In this document: piece by piece, positions 20,022 to 30,234 of the stretch
How positions within the stretch are numbered: the stretch's first letter is position 1
How the letters are laid out: each line of letters begins with the position of its first letter
NCBI GenBank assembly: GCA_016204385.1
Contig: JACQKW010000015.1
Span: 98,155 to 162,154 of the forward strand
Reading direction: 5' to 3'
Source: Candidatus Liptonbacteria bacterium
GTDB taxonomy: Bacteria > Patescibacteriota > Minisyncoccia > UBA6257 > 2-01-FULL-56-20
Length of the DNA: 64,000 nt
The notes under the pieces: generated by a model
Database searches by the model: none
What the model was told of the DNA's origin: nothing
Seen by the model: only the letters and a program-made list of their open reading frames with translations
Position numbers and translations under genes: made by a program

Positions 20022-21209
20022 TTACCGGCCGCGAGAAAAATCGGCGATGCGGCGCGCCCCTCTTTTAAGATCGTGCATCGAAGCCGCGAAACTTATCCTC
20101 ACAAAACCGGGAGCGAGGAACGACTCACCGGGAACGATAGCGACCCGCTTTTCTTTGAGAAGCTTTGCGCACCATGCGCTCGCAGTCGGCATTCGATGAT
20201 TCAGCAATCTTTGCACATTCACAAAAAGGTAAAATGCTCCCTCGGGAGGAACGAATGAAATCGAATCTATCCGCGAGAGCGAACGAACGAGAAATTCCCG
20301 CCGCAGAGTAAATTCCTGACGCATTCGGGCAAGCGGCGCCTGCGAACCTCGAAGTGCCTCGATCGCCGCCTTTTGCGCGATGGACGAGGTATTCGAAGTG
20401 GTCTGGCTCTGGAGCGAAGTGATCGCGCGAATAAGCCGCTCTGGCCCTGCGGCATAGCCAATGCGCCACCCGGTCATTGCGTATGCCTTCGAGAATCCGT
20501 TTACGGTAAGCGTGCGTTCCCTGATTCTCGGCCCAAAAGACGCAATCGATCGGTGCTTTCCCTGATATAAAATCTTTTCATAAATTTCATCGGAAATCAC
20601 GAAAATGCGTGTTCGAACCGCGAGTTCTGCGATGCGGCGCAGCTCCTCTTGATCGATCGTCGCCCCGGTGGGATTTGCGGGGCTATTCAAAAGCAACACC
20701 CTGGTCCTCGGAGAAAAGCGCTTTGCGAGCGCGAGCGCGGTGAGCTTGAAGGGGCTGGTTAATTTACAATACACCGGTAACGCGCCTGCAAGCTTCACCT
20801 GCTCGACATAGGTAGTCCATGTGGGCGTGGGAATCACCACGTGATCTCCCCTCTCGCAAAGAGCTTGAAACGCATGGTAGAGAATTTGCTTGCTTCCTAC
20901 GCCCGCGACCACTTCAGAGGGAAGGTAAGAAATCTTATTATCGCGGCGGAGCTTTTTTGCGATTTCCTCGCGGAGCTCGGGAATGCCCGGGGTTTCGGTA
21001 TAATGCGTGAACCCCTGGGCGAGCGCAGCGACTCCTGCGCGTACAATATGCGCCGGCGTGCTGAAATCAGGCTCACCGAGGCCAAGATTTATGACCGGGA
21101 TCCCCTCGGCGCGCAGATTCTTTACTTCCGTATCGAGCCCGAGCGTGGGCGACGGAGCAAGGGACCTCACGCGCGATGATATTGTCGTTTCCTTGTTCTT
21201 CACGTGCAT
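20022..21209 (-). CDS. PLP-dependent aminotransferase class I/II (AspC-like)
   Basis: GEPDF, NSPANPTG, SDEIY and FSKAYAMTGWRIG motifs. Confidence 0.92.
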   Translation of the reverse strand: MHVKNKETTISSRVRSLAPSPTLGLDTEVKNLRAEGIPVINLGLGEPDFSTPAHIVRAGVAALAQGFTHYTETPGIPELREEIAKKLRRDNKISYLPSEVVAGVGSKQILYHAFQALCERGDHVVIPTPTWTTYVEQVKLAGALPVYCKLTSPFKLTALALAKRFSPRTRVLLLNSPANPTGATIDQEELRRIAELAVRTRIFVISDEIYEKILYQGKHRSIASFGPRIRERTLTVNGFSKAYAMTGWRIGYAAGPERLIRAITSLQSQTTSNTSSIAQKAAIEALRGSQAPLARMRQEFTLRREFLVRSLSRIDSISFVPPEGAFYLFVNVQRLLNHRMPTASAWCAKLLKEKRVAIVPGESFLAPGFVRISFAASMHDLKRGARRIADFSRGR

Positions 21210-21218
21210 GTAAGTAAT

Positions 21219-23051
21219 TTATTGCAATCGCTGCCAGCCTTTCTTCCCCGCGAGGCGCGGTACGGGTTTTACCAAGATGTTTTGCGAAAGTTCCTCGTCC
21301 GAGAGATATGGCGCCATATCTTCAAGAGGCCTGCCAAATTCAAGTTTGGGATTCAACTTTTGGTCGCGATCTATCCGCACATCGCAAAGGATCGGCCCTT
21401 TGTGCGCAAGCACTTTCGCAATCATGTCCTTGACCGCCGCCGGTTTCTCGACGACGATCGCGGGAATGCCGTAGGCCTCGGAGACCCGCGCGAAGTCCGG
21501 CATACTGTAGCCGCCTTCGGGCTCGGTTGCGTAACGGCGATTTTCAAAGTAGGCCTCCTGAAATTGCTTGATGATGGCCATCCCACGGTTATTCAAAATG
21601 AACATTTTGATGGGAAGATTGTAGTGGGCAACGGTTTGAAGCTCCTGAATATTTAGCTGGAACCCGCCATCGCCGTCGATGCAGATGATGTCTTTTCCCG
21701 GCGCCGCGAACGCCGCTCCGATTGAGGCGGGGAAGGCGTAGCCCATCGGCGAATTGCCGAAGGTGGAGATGATCCTTTGCCCTTTCTTCACAATCCATCC
21801 CTGCATCGTCCAGACTAAATTTCCCCCTTCGTCCGTAATCACAATTTCATCCTGGGGAAGCGCGTCGGAGAGGGCGTGGATGAACGCATAAGCGCTCACC
21901 GCGGGCATTTGAAAATGTTCGGGAAGGACCGCGTGGTATTTTTTCTTCCATTCGCGCGCGCGAGAAAGCCACGCGCCTATATCGGGCTTCTTGAATTGCG
22001 GAATGCTCGCGAGTGCGGCGTTTAAGAACCGTTTCGCATCGGCGCACACCGCAATCGTCGGCGTAAATCCCCGGTTTTTGTGAAGCTCGTGGGGATCGAT
22101 GTCCACCATGACCGACTTGCCTTCGCGCAAGAACAAATCCACCCGCCCGCCCGTCTGTCGGGTATCAAGCCGCGAGCCCACGGAAATGAGGAGATCCGCA
22201 TTCTGGACAGTAAAATTCGCCCCGCGGTCGCCGTAGACGCCGATCGTCCCGGCATAATTCGGGTGATCGTGCGGTAAAATATCGAACGCGCTCCAAGAGA
22301 CGAGGATCGGGAACCCGAGGGCTTCTGCGAACCGCAGTGCCTCGCGTTCCGCGTTCGCAAGCTTTATGCCGCCTCCCAAAAGCACCGCGGGGCGCCGAGC
22401 CTCCGAGACGAGCGCACCCATTTCAGAAATCTTCTTCTTTAAATCCTCGTCGCTCTCTTGCGGTGTTCCGTGAAAATCCCGGCGCGGATCGAAGGCGGGG
22501 AGGGTTGCGGGGTCAATATCCGCCACTTGCACATCAAGCGGCACATCAATCAAAACCGGCCCCGGGCGGCCTTCATGCGCAATGTAATATGCCTTCTCCA
22601 ATTCAAACCGGATGCGAGAAGGATCACGCACTTGCGCCGCATATTTTGTAATGGGCTTTGCGATGCTCACAATATCGGTTTCCTGGAATCCAACCTGGCG
22701 CGGCCTCGTTTCTATGCTCTCAACCGATTCCTTCGTATTCACCTGGCCCGTGATGAACAATCCCGGTATTGAATCAAAATAGCATCCGCAGATGCCGGTA
22801 ATAAGATTCGTGGCGCCGGGGCCGCTTGTCGCAATCGCAACCCCTATGCCGGGACCAATGCGGGAATAGACTTCCGCGGCCATGGCGCCCGCCTGTTCAT
22901 GTTGGACACAGATATAACGGATATCTCCTTTCGCCTTTTCTCGGTTGCCTAAAGAATCCACGAGGTGCGCGATAGCTCCGCCGGTAACCGAAAATACGTG
23001 GCGCACGCCCCGCTCCGCAAGAAACTCCGCAATATAATCGGTGAGCTTCAT
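21219..23051 (-). CDS. TPP-dependent acetolactate-synthase-like enzyme (YerE-type context)
   Basis: HEQ, TSGPGATN, GFQETD and GDG..NN TPP motifs; lies inside a sugar cluster. Confidence 0.88.
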   Translation of the reverse strand: MKLTDYIAEFLAERGVRHVFSVTGGAIAHLVDSLGNREKAKGDIRYICVQHEQAGAMAAEVYSRIGPGIGVAIATSGPGATNLITGICGCYFDSIPGLFITGQVNTKESVESIETRPRQVGFQETDIVSIAKPITKYAAQVRDPSRIRFELEKAYYIAHEGRPGPVLIDVPLDVQVADIDPATLPAFDPRRDFHGTPQESDEDLKKKISEMGALVSEARRPAVLLGGGIKLANAEREALRFAEALGFPILVSWSAFDILPHDHPNYAGTIGVYGDRGANFTVQNADLLISVGSRLDTRQTGGRVDLFLREGKSVMVDIDPHELHKNRGFTPTIAVCADAKRFLNAALASIPQFKKPDIGAWLSRAREWKKKYHAVLPEHFQMPAVSAYAFIHALSDALPQDEIVITDEGGNLVWTMQGWIVKKGQRIISTFGNSPMGYAFPASIGAAFAAPGKDIICIDGDGGFQLNIQELQTVAHYNLPIKMFILNNRGMAIIKQFQEAYFENRRYATEPEGGYSMPDFARVSEAYGIPAIVVEKPAAVKDMIAKVLAHKGPILCDVRIDRDQKLNPKLEFGRPLEDMAPYLSDEELSQNILVKPVPRLAGKKGWQRLQ

Positions 23052-23059
23052 AGAAAGAT

Positions 23060-23983
23060 TTATCCCGCCTTTCCCGTGCGCGTGTGGTCGAGCAGCGCAT
23101 CGCCTTCTTCCAAAATCCGCATGTCAATCAGTTTGAGGTTCGCCTGGTACCAGCGGTAAAGTTCGCGGATTGCCTCATGAATAGGTGTGAACCGAAAATC
23201 CGGCAGTTCTTGCATAAGGCGGCGGTTCGCGCCGCTATATTCTTTTCCCATGCCATCGTGGAGCACGCGAATTTCACACTCATGGCCTCCGATTTTATTT
23301 ATGCTACGGGCGATCGAGAGAAGGTCAATCGGATCACCACTCGAAACATTGTATATAGTACCCGGGATTCCGTGAAAGGCGAAGTGCTCGATAATTCGCA
23401 TGAGATCCGCAATATACACGTAGTCATAGACGGTATTTTGCCGTATGGTGATCGGGAGTTCCAGAATATTTTTCAAAATCGCGTTCGAGATGAATCGGAG
23501 ATGGTAGGGCTCGTATTTTCCAAACACGCCGAAGAGCCGCATGCCTAACACCGGAAATGAACGCGCAAGGATTATCTTCGAGCACTCGTATTTGGAACGG
23601 CCGTACTCATCTTCAGGTACGTGCACTCCGAAATAATCCTCGTCCATTTTCGGCGCATAGAACCGGATGTCATATTCAGCGCCGGACCCAAACTGGATCA
23701 TCCGCGCCCCCCCCGGAAGATTGCGGGCAAGGTTTAGGAACATCCGCACGTTCTGATCCTGCACGCCTCGCATGCCCGCCGTGTCGCGCCGGCCACCCAC
23801 GCCCGCGGCATGGAGCACAACCTGAATGCGCTTCAGGGAAAGATAGCCGCGCACCGCATCTTCGTCCAGCAGATCGAGTGCTCCGCGTGACGGAGCAAAG
23901 ACTTTCGCGCGAGGAGAAAAATATTCCGTGAGATTGCGGCCGATAAACCCGCTGCCGCCGGAGATAAAAAGTCGCGTATTCAT
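23060..23983 (-). CDS. NAD-dependent epimerase/reductase
   Basis: SGGSGFIG, GSGAEY and YGRSK motifs; start trimmed to ATG 23983. Confidence 0.85.
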   Translation of the reverse strand: MNTRLFISGGSGFIGRNLTEYFSPRAKVFAPSRGALDLLDEDAVRGYLSLKRIQVVLHAAGVGGRRDTAGMRGVQDQNVRMFLNLARNLPGGARMIQFGSGAEYDIRFYAPKMDEDYFGVHVPEDEYGRSKYECSKIILARSFPVLGMRLFGVFGKYEPYHLRFISNAILKNILELPITIRQNTVYDYVYIADLMRIIEHFAFHGIPGTIYNVSSGDPIDLLSIARSINKIGGHECEIRVLHDGMGKEYSGANRRLMQELPDFRFTPIHEAIRELYRWYQANLKLIDMRILEEGDALLDHTRTGKAG

Positions 23984-24015
23984 ATGCCCGATATGGACAA
24001 TGCGCGCCGGAAAAC

Positions 24016-25074
24016 TTAGTGTAATTCCATTTTTCCCTCCTCGGTTTCGATCGGCACGTGCCGCATCCAGAGCTTGTTCTTCCACCACTCCCTGTTATTC
24101 ACGTACCAGGCAATCGTGGCTTTGATGCCCTCGTGAAAACTGGTTACGGGCTCCCAGCCCAACACCCGTTGAATTTTCGCGGTATTCGCAGTATGGCGGA
24201 ACACCTGCCCGGGCCGGTCACCCACATTTAAGGCATAGGGAGAATATGAAATTTTATCTTTATGTCCGTGATTCATTTCCTCGATCACCGCCTCGGCAAT
24301 GGTTTTGATGCTCACATCCTTTCCGTTTCCCACGTTAAACACTTCGCCTACGACCTGCGCGGCCGGTGCCCGGAGGACGAGGTCAATCGCTTGTATCAAA
24401 TCTTCAACGTAGGTGAAATCACGGCTGCTCCTGCCCGTACCGTGAATCGTGAGCGGCTCCCCCAAAAGACAGCTTGTCACGAACCGCGGAATCAGTTTTT
24501 CGAGGTGCTGGCGCGGCCCGAACATGTTGAACGGGCGGATGATGACCGCGGGAATCTTGTAGGTGATGTAATAGGACATCACCAGGCGGTCGGCGCCTGC
24601 CTTGGCCGCCGCGTAGGGGCTCTGGGGGATAAGCGGGTGCTCCTCGTCCATTTTATCCTGGAGCGCCGTGCCGTAAACCTCCGAGGTAGAAATATGGATG
24701 AAGCGATCGATCTGCTTCCGGTGGCTCAAAACGGCATTCGCCACCCGCTGAGTGCCGATCACATCGGTTTCAAAAAAATTCGTGTCGTCGTAGATCGAGC
24801 GCGCAACATGCGTCTCGGCCGCAAAGTGGATCACGGCATTCGCCTCCGAAACAAGCTTCTCGACCACCTTCGCGTTCCGGACGTCTCCATAGACGAATCT
24901 GAATCGCGGGCTTGTTTGGATTTCGTCGGGAATGTTCCGAATGTCGCCCGCGTAGGTCAAGGCATCAAGCACAATAAACTTGGTCTCGGGATATTTCTTA
25001 AAAAGATGGATAAGCGCATTGCTGCCGATAAACCCCGCGCCTCCCGTAATGAGGATCGTCTTTGGATTTTGCAT
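24016..25074 (-). CDS. rfbB: dTDP-glucose 4,6-dehydratase
   Basis: DALTYAG, HFAAETHV, STSEVYG, YAAAK, EKLIP and DRPG motifs; the usual TDE motif reads TSE. Confidence 0.8.
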   Translation of the reverse strand: MQNPKTILITGGAGFIGSNALIHLFKKYPETKFIVLDALTYAGDIRNIPDEIQTSPRFRFVYGDVRNAKVVEKLVSEANAVIHFAAETHVARSIYDDTNFFETDVIGTQRVANAVLSHRKQIDRFIHISTSEVYGTALQDKMDEEHPLIPQSPYAAAKAGADRLVMSYYITYKIPAVIIRPFNMFGPRQHLEKLIPRFVTSCLLGEPLTIHGTGRSSRDFTYVEDLIQAIDLVLRAPAAQVVGEVFNVGNGKDVSIKTIAEAVIEEMNHGHKDKISYSPYALNVGDRPGQVFRHTANTAKIQRVLGWEPVTSFHEGIKATIAWYVNNREWWKNKLWMRHVPIETEEGKMELH

Positions 25075-25116
25075 ACAGTAGAATATAGGGCATTCCCCGG
25101 AAATTGGCAAGAAAAT

Positions 25117-25827
25117 TCACCGCGTCCCCCGCACGCGAAGTTCCCAGAAAAGTTTCAAGATCGCCCGCACCACGGAGAAAAAATTACGCTTGATGGCTTT
25201 CATATTCGGGCCTTTCTTATCTTTCGTGAAAATCATGGGGACCACGGTATAGCTCTTCTTCCGGTAAAGAAGCGGAATAATCGTCTCGGCGCAAAAAGCA
25301 AAACTGCCGTTCAAGGAAATGGTCTTGAGAAGGTCGGTACGCACGACGATCGGCCCGTTGTAATATTTAATTCCGAATCCGAAAAGGATATTGAGCGTGA
25401 GCACAAACCCCTCGGAGACAACCCACCGCACCGGATGCCGCACGCCTTCATTCGCAATGTAAATCAAACTCATGTCGGCTTTTCCGACGGACCGAAAGAG
25501 GTCTTTGAGAGATTCTTTTGTGACCATGTCATCTCCCGGCAGGAGGCAGTGGTATTCCTTCGCCGCAAGCGCGATGCTCTTTTTATAACATCCCCCTTGA
25601 TTCAAATTTACTTCGTTATGCACCGAGCGGATGCGCGGATCCTCCCGCGCGAGCTCGTCCGCAATCGCGCCCGAACGGTCGCGGCTCGCATCGTCAATCA
25701 CGATAATCTCGTAATCTGAAATCACGCCCGCGAGCGCGTCCTTGGCGGCGCGGACACTCCTCTCAAGTGTGTCTTCCTCGTTATACGCGGTCACGACGAC
25801 CGTAAGCGAGGGTCTCTTTTGAGCCAT
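25117..25827 (-). CDS. Polyprenol-phosphate glycosyltransferase (GT2, DPM-like)
   Basis: TAYNEE, DDASRD and PGD motifs. Confidence 0.82.
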   Translation of the reverse strand: MAQKRPSLTVVVTAYNEEDTLERSVRAAKDALAGVISDYEIIVIDDASRDRSGAIADELAREDPRIRSVHNEVNLNQGGCYKKSIALAAKEYHCLLPGDDMVTKESLKDLFRSVGKADMSLIYIANEGVRHPVRWVVSEGFVLTLNILFGFGIKYYNGPIVVRTDLLKTISLNGSFAFCAETIIPLLYRKKSYTVVPMIFTKDKKGPNMKAIKRNFFSVVRAILKLFWELRVRGTR

Positions 25828-25830
25828 GCT

Positions 25831-26205
25831 CTAACTGTAGAGGAGAAGGAAAAGGCCCGCGATAATGAGGCTTATCCCCGCAACTTTAAACAGAGTGAAC
25901 GACTCGCTGAAGAGAAATATCGAGAGGGCGGTCGTGATCACAATGGTAAGCGCGATGTTTACCGGATACGCCCGCGAGAGCTCCACTTTACTCACAAGCC
26001 AAATCCACAAAAACATCCCCGACCCCAAAAGCACCACCGCCGAGAACACGAAAGGATTCGCGAGTATCTTCAATGCCCTCACGATCAGATTCTGATCCCC
26101 GGCGAAGATGCGGCCGAGGTCAAGCGAACCGCGCTTTAGGAGCAGCTGGGCGACGGCATTTATGCCTGCGGTGATCAAAAAAACGCCGAGATAGATAGGG
26201 CTCAT
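25831..26205 (-). CDS. SMR/EamA (ArnE/F-like) small transporter
   Basis: 4 TM helices; QLLLK.G and LSRAYP motifs. Confidence 0.82.
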   Translation of the reverse strand: MSPIYLGVFLITAGINAVAQLLLKRGSLDLGRIFAGDQNLIVRALKILANPFVFSAVVLLGSGMFLWIWLVSKVELSRAYPVNIALTIVITTALSIFLFSESFTLFKVAGISLIIAGLFLLLYS

Positions 26206-26239
26206 CTTCGTTTCATACTAATAAAGATGGGGAGAAAAG

Positions 26240-26269
26240 AAAAGCGCTCCGACACGTTGTCGGAGCGCG
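26240..26269 (-). terminator. Intrinsic terminator of accessory gene
   Basis: GCGCTCCGAC-N5-GTCGGAGCGC followed by a U tract on the minus strand. Confidence 0.75.
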
Positions 26270-26288
26270 ATGATGCGGTGCGCTGGAT

Positions 26289-26834
26289 TCAGTAACCTCT
26301 CACCTCCCTGTACTTCTTCATGGCCGCGGGGATGACGAAGTCCCGATGGGACGCCACGAGACCGTCCCCGTCCGTGTGAGGAAAAAAGAACGCTCCCCTC
26401 GGATTCGTGGGGATTCCGCGCGCGAGAGCGATGAAGATCCGAAGCGTGTACATGCCGCGCTCGGAATCCGTCGCATCCACCGTCGCCGCCGGGATCACCC
26501 AGTCGAAGTCAACCCCCTCGCGCCGCTTGAGCCGCTCGAAAGTGTTCCCGAGAAACTCGTTCTTTCCATGCGTCACGCCCGGACAGTGGAGCTGTCCCGG
26601 ATACGGCTCGCTCGGGCTCTCCCAGGGGGTCGGCCTCCGAACGAGGTAAAGCTTTCCCTTCTCGTTGAAAAGCGCGAGCTCGGTCGAGATGTTCTTCTTC
26701 GACCGCACGTGCGCTTCGAAGACCTCGCCCGGCATGTCCTTCCCTTTGTTCTGGCAGTAGGCGATCTTTCCCAAAATCGCCACCGCGACTTCTTGTTCTT
26801 CGTCCGTCCACTCGGTGCTTTTCGGGTCTACCAA
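26289..26834 (-). CDS. Divergent NUDIX-like protein
   Basis: G.LYL.RR...YPG.LH.PG......E......RL..RE degenerate Nudix box; GGAGGTG RBS. Confidence 0.6.
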   Translation of the reverse strand: MVDPKSTEWTDEEQEVAVAILGKIAYCQNKGKDMPGEVFEAHVRSKKNISTELALFNEKGKLYLVRRPTPWESPSEPYPGQLHCPGVTHGKNEFLGNTFERLKRREGVDFDWVIPAATVDATDSERGMYTLRIFIALARGIPTNPRGAFFFPHTDGDGLVASHRDFVIPAAMKKYREVRGY

Positions 26835-26885
26835 GCGTCACCTCCGGCGTTATACGGGAAACGGTTGTCAAAAAATCCGAAGAAT

Positions 26886-26914
26886 ATACTACACCACAAG
26901 ATGCAGTATGTCAA
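26886..26914 (-). promoter_or_regulatory. sigma70 promoter
   Basis: TTGACA-17 nt-TAGTAT. Confidence 0.75.
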
Positions 26915-26935
26915 GCGAGCGTGGGTAGTGAGCGG

Positions 26936-28168
26936 TTACCTTTGTCTTTTAAGAAAACTCCCGAATACCTCGAACAAATGCGCAAACATTTTTCCGGTCA
27001 TGCCGTGGTGGCAGCCGATGAGGAATGAGTTTTTCATCACATAATCGGTTACGGGATACCCGCCCCGCCGCGCGCGGAAGGGATGGATGCGCCGGAAGCC
27101 GGGTTGTTTTAGGGCGTTACCGGTGAAAATCGGCCTTGTTTGGATGTTGTGCTTTTCAAGGTACTTGGTGATTTGAAGGCGGGTAAACGGCGCTCTCCGG
27201 CGGATAGTGAGCGGAAACGCAAGCCAGACAGTACTCGCCTTCGGGTATTCTTCGGGGAGAATGAAAAAATCTTCATATTGCCCAAAAAACCTCTTGAGGC
27301 GCTTGAAGTTCGCCCGCCTCCGGCGGGTAAACTCTGGAAGCCGCTTCAGATTCTCGAGCGCGAACGCCGCTTGGATTTCACTCGGCTGAAAATTGTATCC
27401 GATTTCGCTGAAGATGAATTTCGCGTCGTACGGAATATTCCCGATCTTCGACGAGAACCGCTTCCGGATGTCCTCGGATTTCGCGTACGCGCCGAAGAGC
27501 GTGGACTCGCGTCCCCAATTCGACATCACGAGCGCGCGGCGGGCGAGATCTCGGCCGTTCACGCACACCATTCCACCGCCGCCCGCGGCGGTCACAATGT
27601 GAGACGCATAGAAGCTTGTGGTCGTAATATCGGAATATGTTCCCGTGGGCCTTCCCGCGAACGCTCCGCCGAGTGTATCGCACGAATCTTCGATGTAAAG
27701 CAATTTATGTTTTTTTGCAATCGCGAGGAGTTTTCGGAAATCCGGCAAATTCCCGATAAGCGAGGGGATCATGAGCGCTTTGGTTTTCTTCGTGATGAGT
27801 GGTTCAATCTGCTCCTCGTTAATCTGATACGTACCCATTTTCACATCCGCGAAGACCGGCACAAGCCCTTTCTGCACGATCGGCGCAAGCGTGGTCGAGA
27901 AGGTAAGGAGTGGGGTAATAACCTCCGCTCCTTTGGGCAACCCCGCGATTTCAAGCGCGATCAAATTCGCCGAAGAACCGGAGTTCACCATCACGCCGTG
28001 CTTTTTCCCGAAAAGCTTCGCGATTTTTGCCTCGAAATCATGCACCAAATTGCCCGCAACGATCATTTTATTCGGGCGCTTAAGTACGGCGTTTACAGCC
28101 ACAATTTCCTTCCCATCGTAGAACGTCGTCGCGTAAGGAACGCGGATTCTTTTTTCTTTACTTTTCAT
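26936..28168 (-). CDS. DegT/DnrJ-family PMP enzyme, RfbH/E1-like 3-dehydratase type
   Basis: NSGSSAN, EDSCD and SFYASH motifs (His in place of the Schiff-base Lys); WGR. Confidence 0.82.
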   Translation of the reverse strand: MKSKEKRIRVPYATTFYDGKEIVAVNAVLKRPNKMIVAGNLVHDFEAKIAKLFGKKHGVMVNSGSSANLIALEIAGLPKGAEVITPLLTFSTTLAPIVQKGLVPVFADVKMGTYQINEEQIEPLITKKTKALMIPSLIGNLPDFRKLLAIAKKHKLLYIEDSCDTLGGAFAGRPTGTYSDITTTSFYASHIVTAAGGGGMVCVNGRDLARRALVMSNWGRESTLFGAYAKSEDIRKRFSSKIGNIPYDAKFIFSEIGYNFQPSEIQAAFALENLKRLPEFTRRRRANFKRLKRFFGQYEDFFILPEEYPKASTVWLAFPLTIRRRAPFTRLQITKYLEKHNIQTRPIFTGNALKQPGFRRIHPFRARRGGYPVTDYVMKNSFLIGCHHGMTGKMFAHLFEVFGSFLKRQR

Positions 28169-28210
28169 GTTTTATGTCTGTCGTACGTATCACCTTTTAC
28201 TTATTACACC

Positions 28211-29284
28211 TTACGTCCTCCCCTCAATCACGTCAAAAATATACCGAAACCACGCCTCAAACGTATGGTCGCGGAGTACCCGTTGGTATCCCGCCTCGGC
28301 AATCGCTTCGCGTTCTTCTTTGTGTGCGAGATAATACTTGATTTTTAAGATGAGATCTCCCGTAGTTCTGTAATGCACGATTTCCTTTCCCTCTGTAAAC
28401 GGCTCGCCGAAATAGAGCGCGGGGCCCGTGAGGAGAAACGCCCGCATGGCGGGTACCTCAAAGACGCGGGCGCGCGCCATGGGGCGCACCATGTTTTTGA
28501 GTGTGAGGAAATTTCCGCGGACGTTTTTAAAGTCGAACATGAGCTTCGCATCGCGCGTGGCGCCCGGCGGACGGCGGATCAATATTCTCGCAAGGGACTT
28601 CGGCCGCAAGAACGAATGGAGCGGCTGTCCGGAAAAATTAAGGTTGATCCTGCTCCGGCTCATCACGTCAAGCATTTTCTCGTGCGAAACGATGCCTCCC
28701 GGCCAGTCGGGACCGAAGCACGAGATCTTCACCCCTGCGCGCTTCTCTATTCGCACGATAAGCTGTTTTCGCTGGGGACTCCCGCGCCCTACGAAACTTA
28801 CATCAATGTCCTTTTCTGTATCTTTCGGCGGATACAAATCGGGATTGACCGCCCAATTGATCCCAATCACTCGTTCGCCAAGTTCCTTATGCCACTTTAC
28901 GGCCGGCGGATAATACGTGACCACCCAATCAAAACATCCCGCCCAATGCCGCCACGAATCGAAAAATCCCCCATCGTCGTCGGGAATGATGCCGATAGTC
29001 GTGAGCTTCTTGCTCTTCGTTATCTCGCGGAATATTTCCTTGTCAAAATAAGGATTCAAGACAAAAATCAGAACGTTTGGCCGTTCCGATCTTATGATCT
29101 CCAAAAGCTCCTGCCGAATCTCTCCGGAGGAAAGTTCCCCGAGCTTGTCCGTGGGATAGAAAATTACCTCCGTTTTCGGAAGCTTTTTGAGTGAAAGATA
29201 GTAGTTGTTGTATTCAAAACTATTCTCCTTAAAGCCTTTTGCCTTGTCGGAGAAATACCGCAATGCAACAAGAAGAATTTTCAT
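28211..29284 (-). CDS. CgeB-like glycosyltransferase
   Basis: SRINLN, RVFEVPA and DHTF motifs. Confidence 0.8.
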   Translation of the reverse strand: MKILLVALRYFSDKAKGFKENSFEYNNYYLSLKKLPKTEVIFYPTDKLGELSSGEIRQELLEIIRSERPNVLIFVLNPYFDKEIFREITKSKKLTTIGIIPDDDGGFFDSWRHWAGCFDWVVTYYPPAVKWHKELGERVIGINWAVNPDLYPPKDTEKDIDVSFVGRGSPQRKQLIVRIEKRAGVKISCFGPDWPGGIVSHEKMLDVMSRSRINLNFSGQPLHSFLRPKSLARILIRRPPGATRDAKLMFDFKNVRGNFLTLKNMVRPMARARVFEVPAMRAFLLTGPALYFGEPFTEGKEIVHYRTTGDLILKIKYYLAHKEEREAIAEAGYQRVLRDHTFEAWFRYIFDVIEGRT

Positions 29285-30204
29285 GAAAACTCTTTAAAAT
29301 CCGGTTGTTCCCACCACCTGCACTCGTCTGCCCAAGTGCGCATCCGCTCGTAAGTCAAGCGAATACCCTCTTCAATTGAGGTCGTTGCCCTCCAACCCGT
29401 AAGCTTCGCAAGAAGCGAAATATCATTCGTGAAATGCATGGGGCCCGATACCGGTTTCCCGAGATCGCGCACTGGTTTCCCCGAGAGCTCGCCTATGATT
29501 TCGGCGATCCGTCCGACGGAAACCGACTGCCCCGAACCCATATTCACGGGCCCCGTGTAGTCCGTATCCAAAAGTTTCACTACGGCGAGGGCGGCGTCAT
29601 CCAAGTATAAAAAATCACGCACCGGCTTCGTATTCCACAGTACGATGTCTTTTGCGGGAGAGAGCGCTTTTTGGATAAGCATGGGCACGAGGTCGGGACG
29701 AATTAGCTTTGTGGGGCCGTAGATATTTGAGAAGCGTACCGCGATGGTCGGAACCTTCTTATGGAACTTCGCAACTTCTTCGGATATATATTTGCTGAAC
29801 ACATATTCGTTCACGTAGGGGTTCACGGATTGCGTCTCATCCACTGGATTCTGCATCTTCGTGACATCATAAAGGAGGACGGTGCTAAAGAAAATCAGCT
29901 TTTTTATATTCCTCTTTTGCAAGTAATACAAAATTTTCTTGAGAGGAAGAACATTATACTCAAATCCCATCATCGGCCGCGCATTGATTCGGTGGTGGTT
30001 CGAACTCCCAATTAAGAAAATGACCTTGTCGAAATCAAGAGAGTCCAAAACACTCAAGTCGTCCAGATTAGAAAGAGGAGTATGTTTGTTTTTGATATAG
30101 GGAGGGAGCTTTGTGCGGCCGACGGAGGTAATGTCCGGATATTTCTCAAGGATTATGGGCCCGAGGAATCCGCTCCCGCCGAAAAGAATCGTTTTCGAAG
30201 TCAT
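29281..30204 (-). CDS. NAD-dependent epimerase/dehydratase
   Basis: GGSGFLG, YVFSK, NIYGP and RDFLY motifs. Confidence 0.82.
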   Translation of the reverse strand: MTSKTILFGGSGFLGPIILEKYPDITSVGRTKLPPYIKNKHTPLSNLDDLSVLDSLDFDKVIFLIGSSNHHRINARPMMGFEYNVLPLKKILYYLQKRNIKKLIFFSTVLLYDVTKMQNPVDETQSVNPYVNEYVFSKYISEEVAKFHKKVPTIAVRFSNIYGPTKLIRPDLVPMLIQKALSPAKDIVLWNTKPVRDFLYLDDAALAVVKLLDTDYTGPVNMGSGQSVSVGRIAEIIGELSGKPVRDLGKPVSGPMHFTNDISLLAKLTGWRATTSIEEGIRLTYERMRTWADECRWWEQPDFKEFS

Positions 30205-30234
30205 GAGAAAATGTAAGCAACGAATAGCCGAGCT

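Noticed and set aside
24262-25719. 485-aa plus-strand ORF
   Set aside because: Lies antisense to rfbB and a GT2; no motifs; expected from codon bias.
27140-28348. 402-aa plus-strand ORF
   Set aside because: Antisense shadow of the DegT-family gene.
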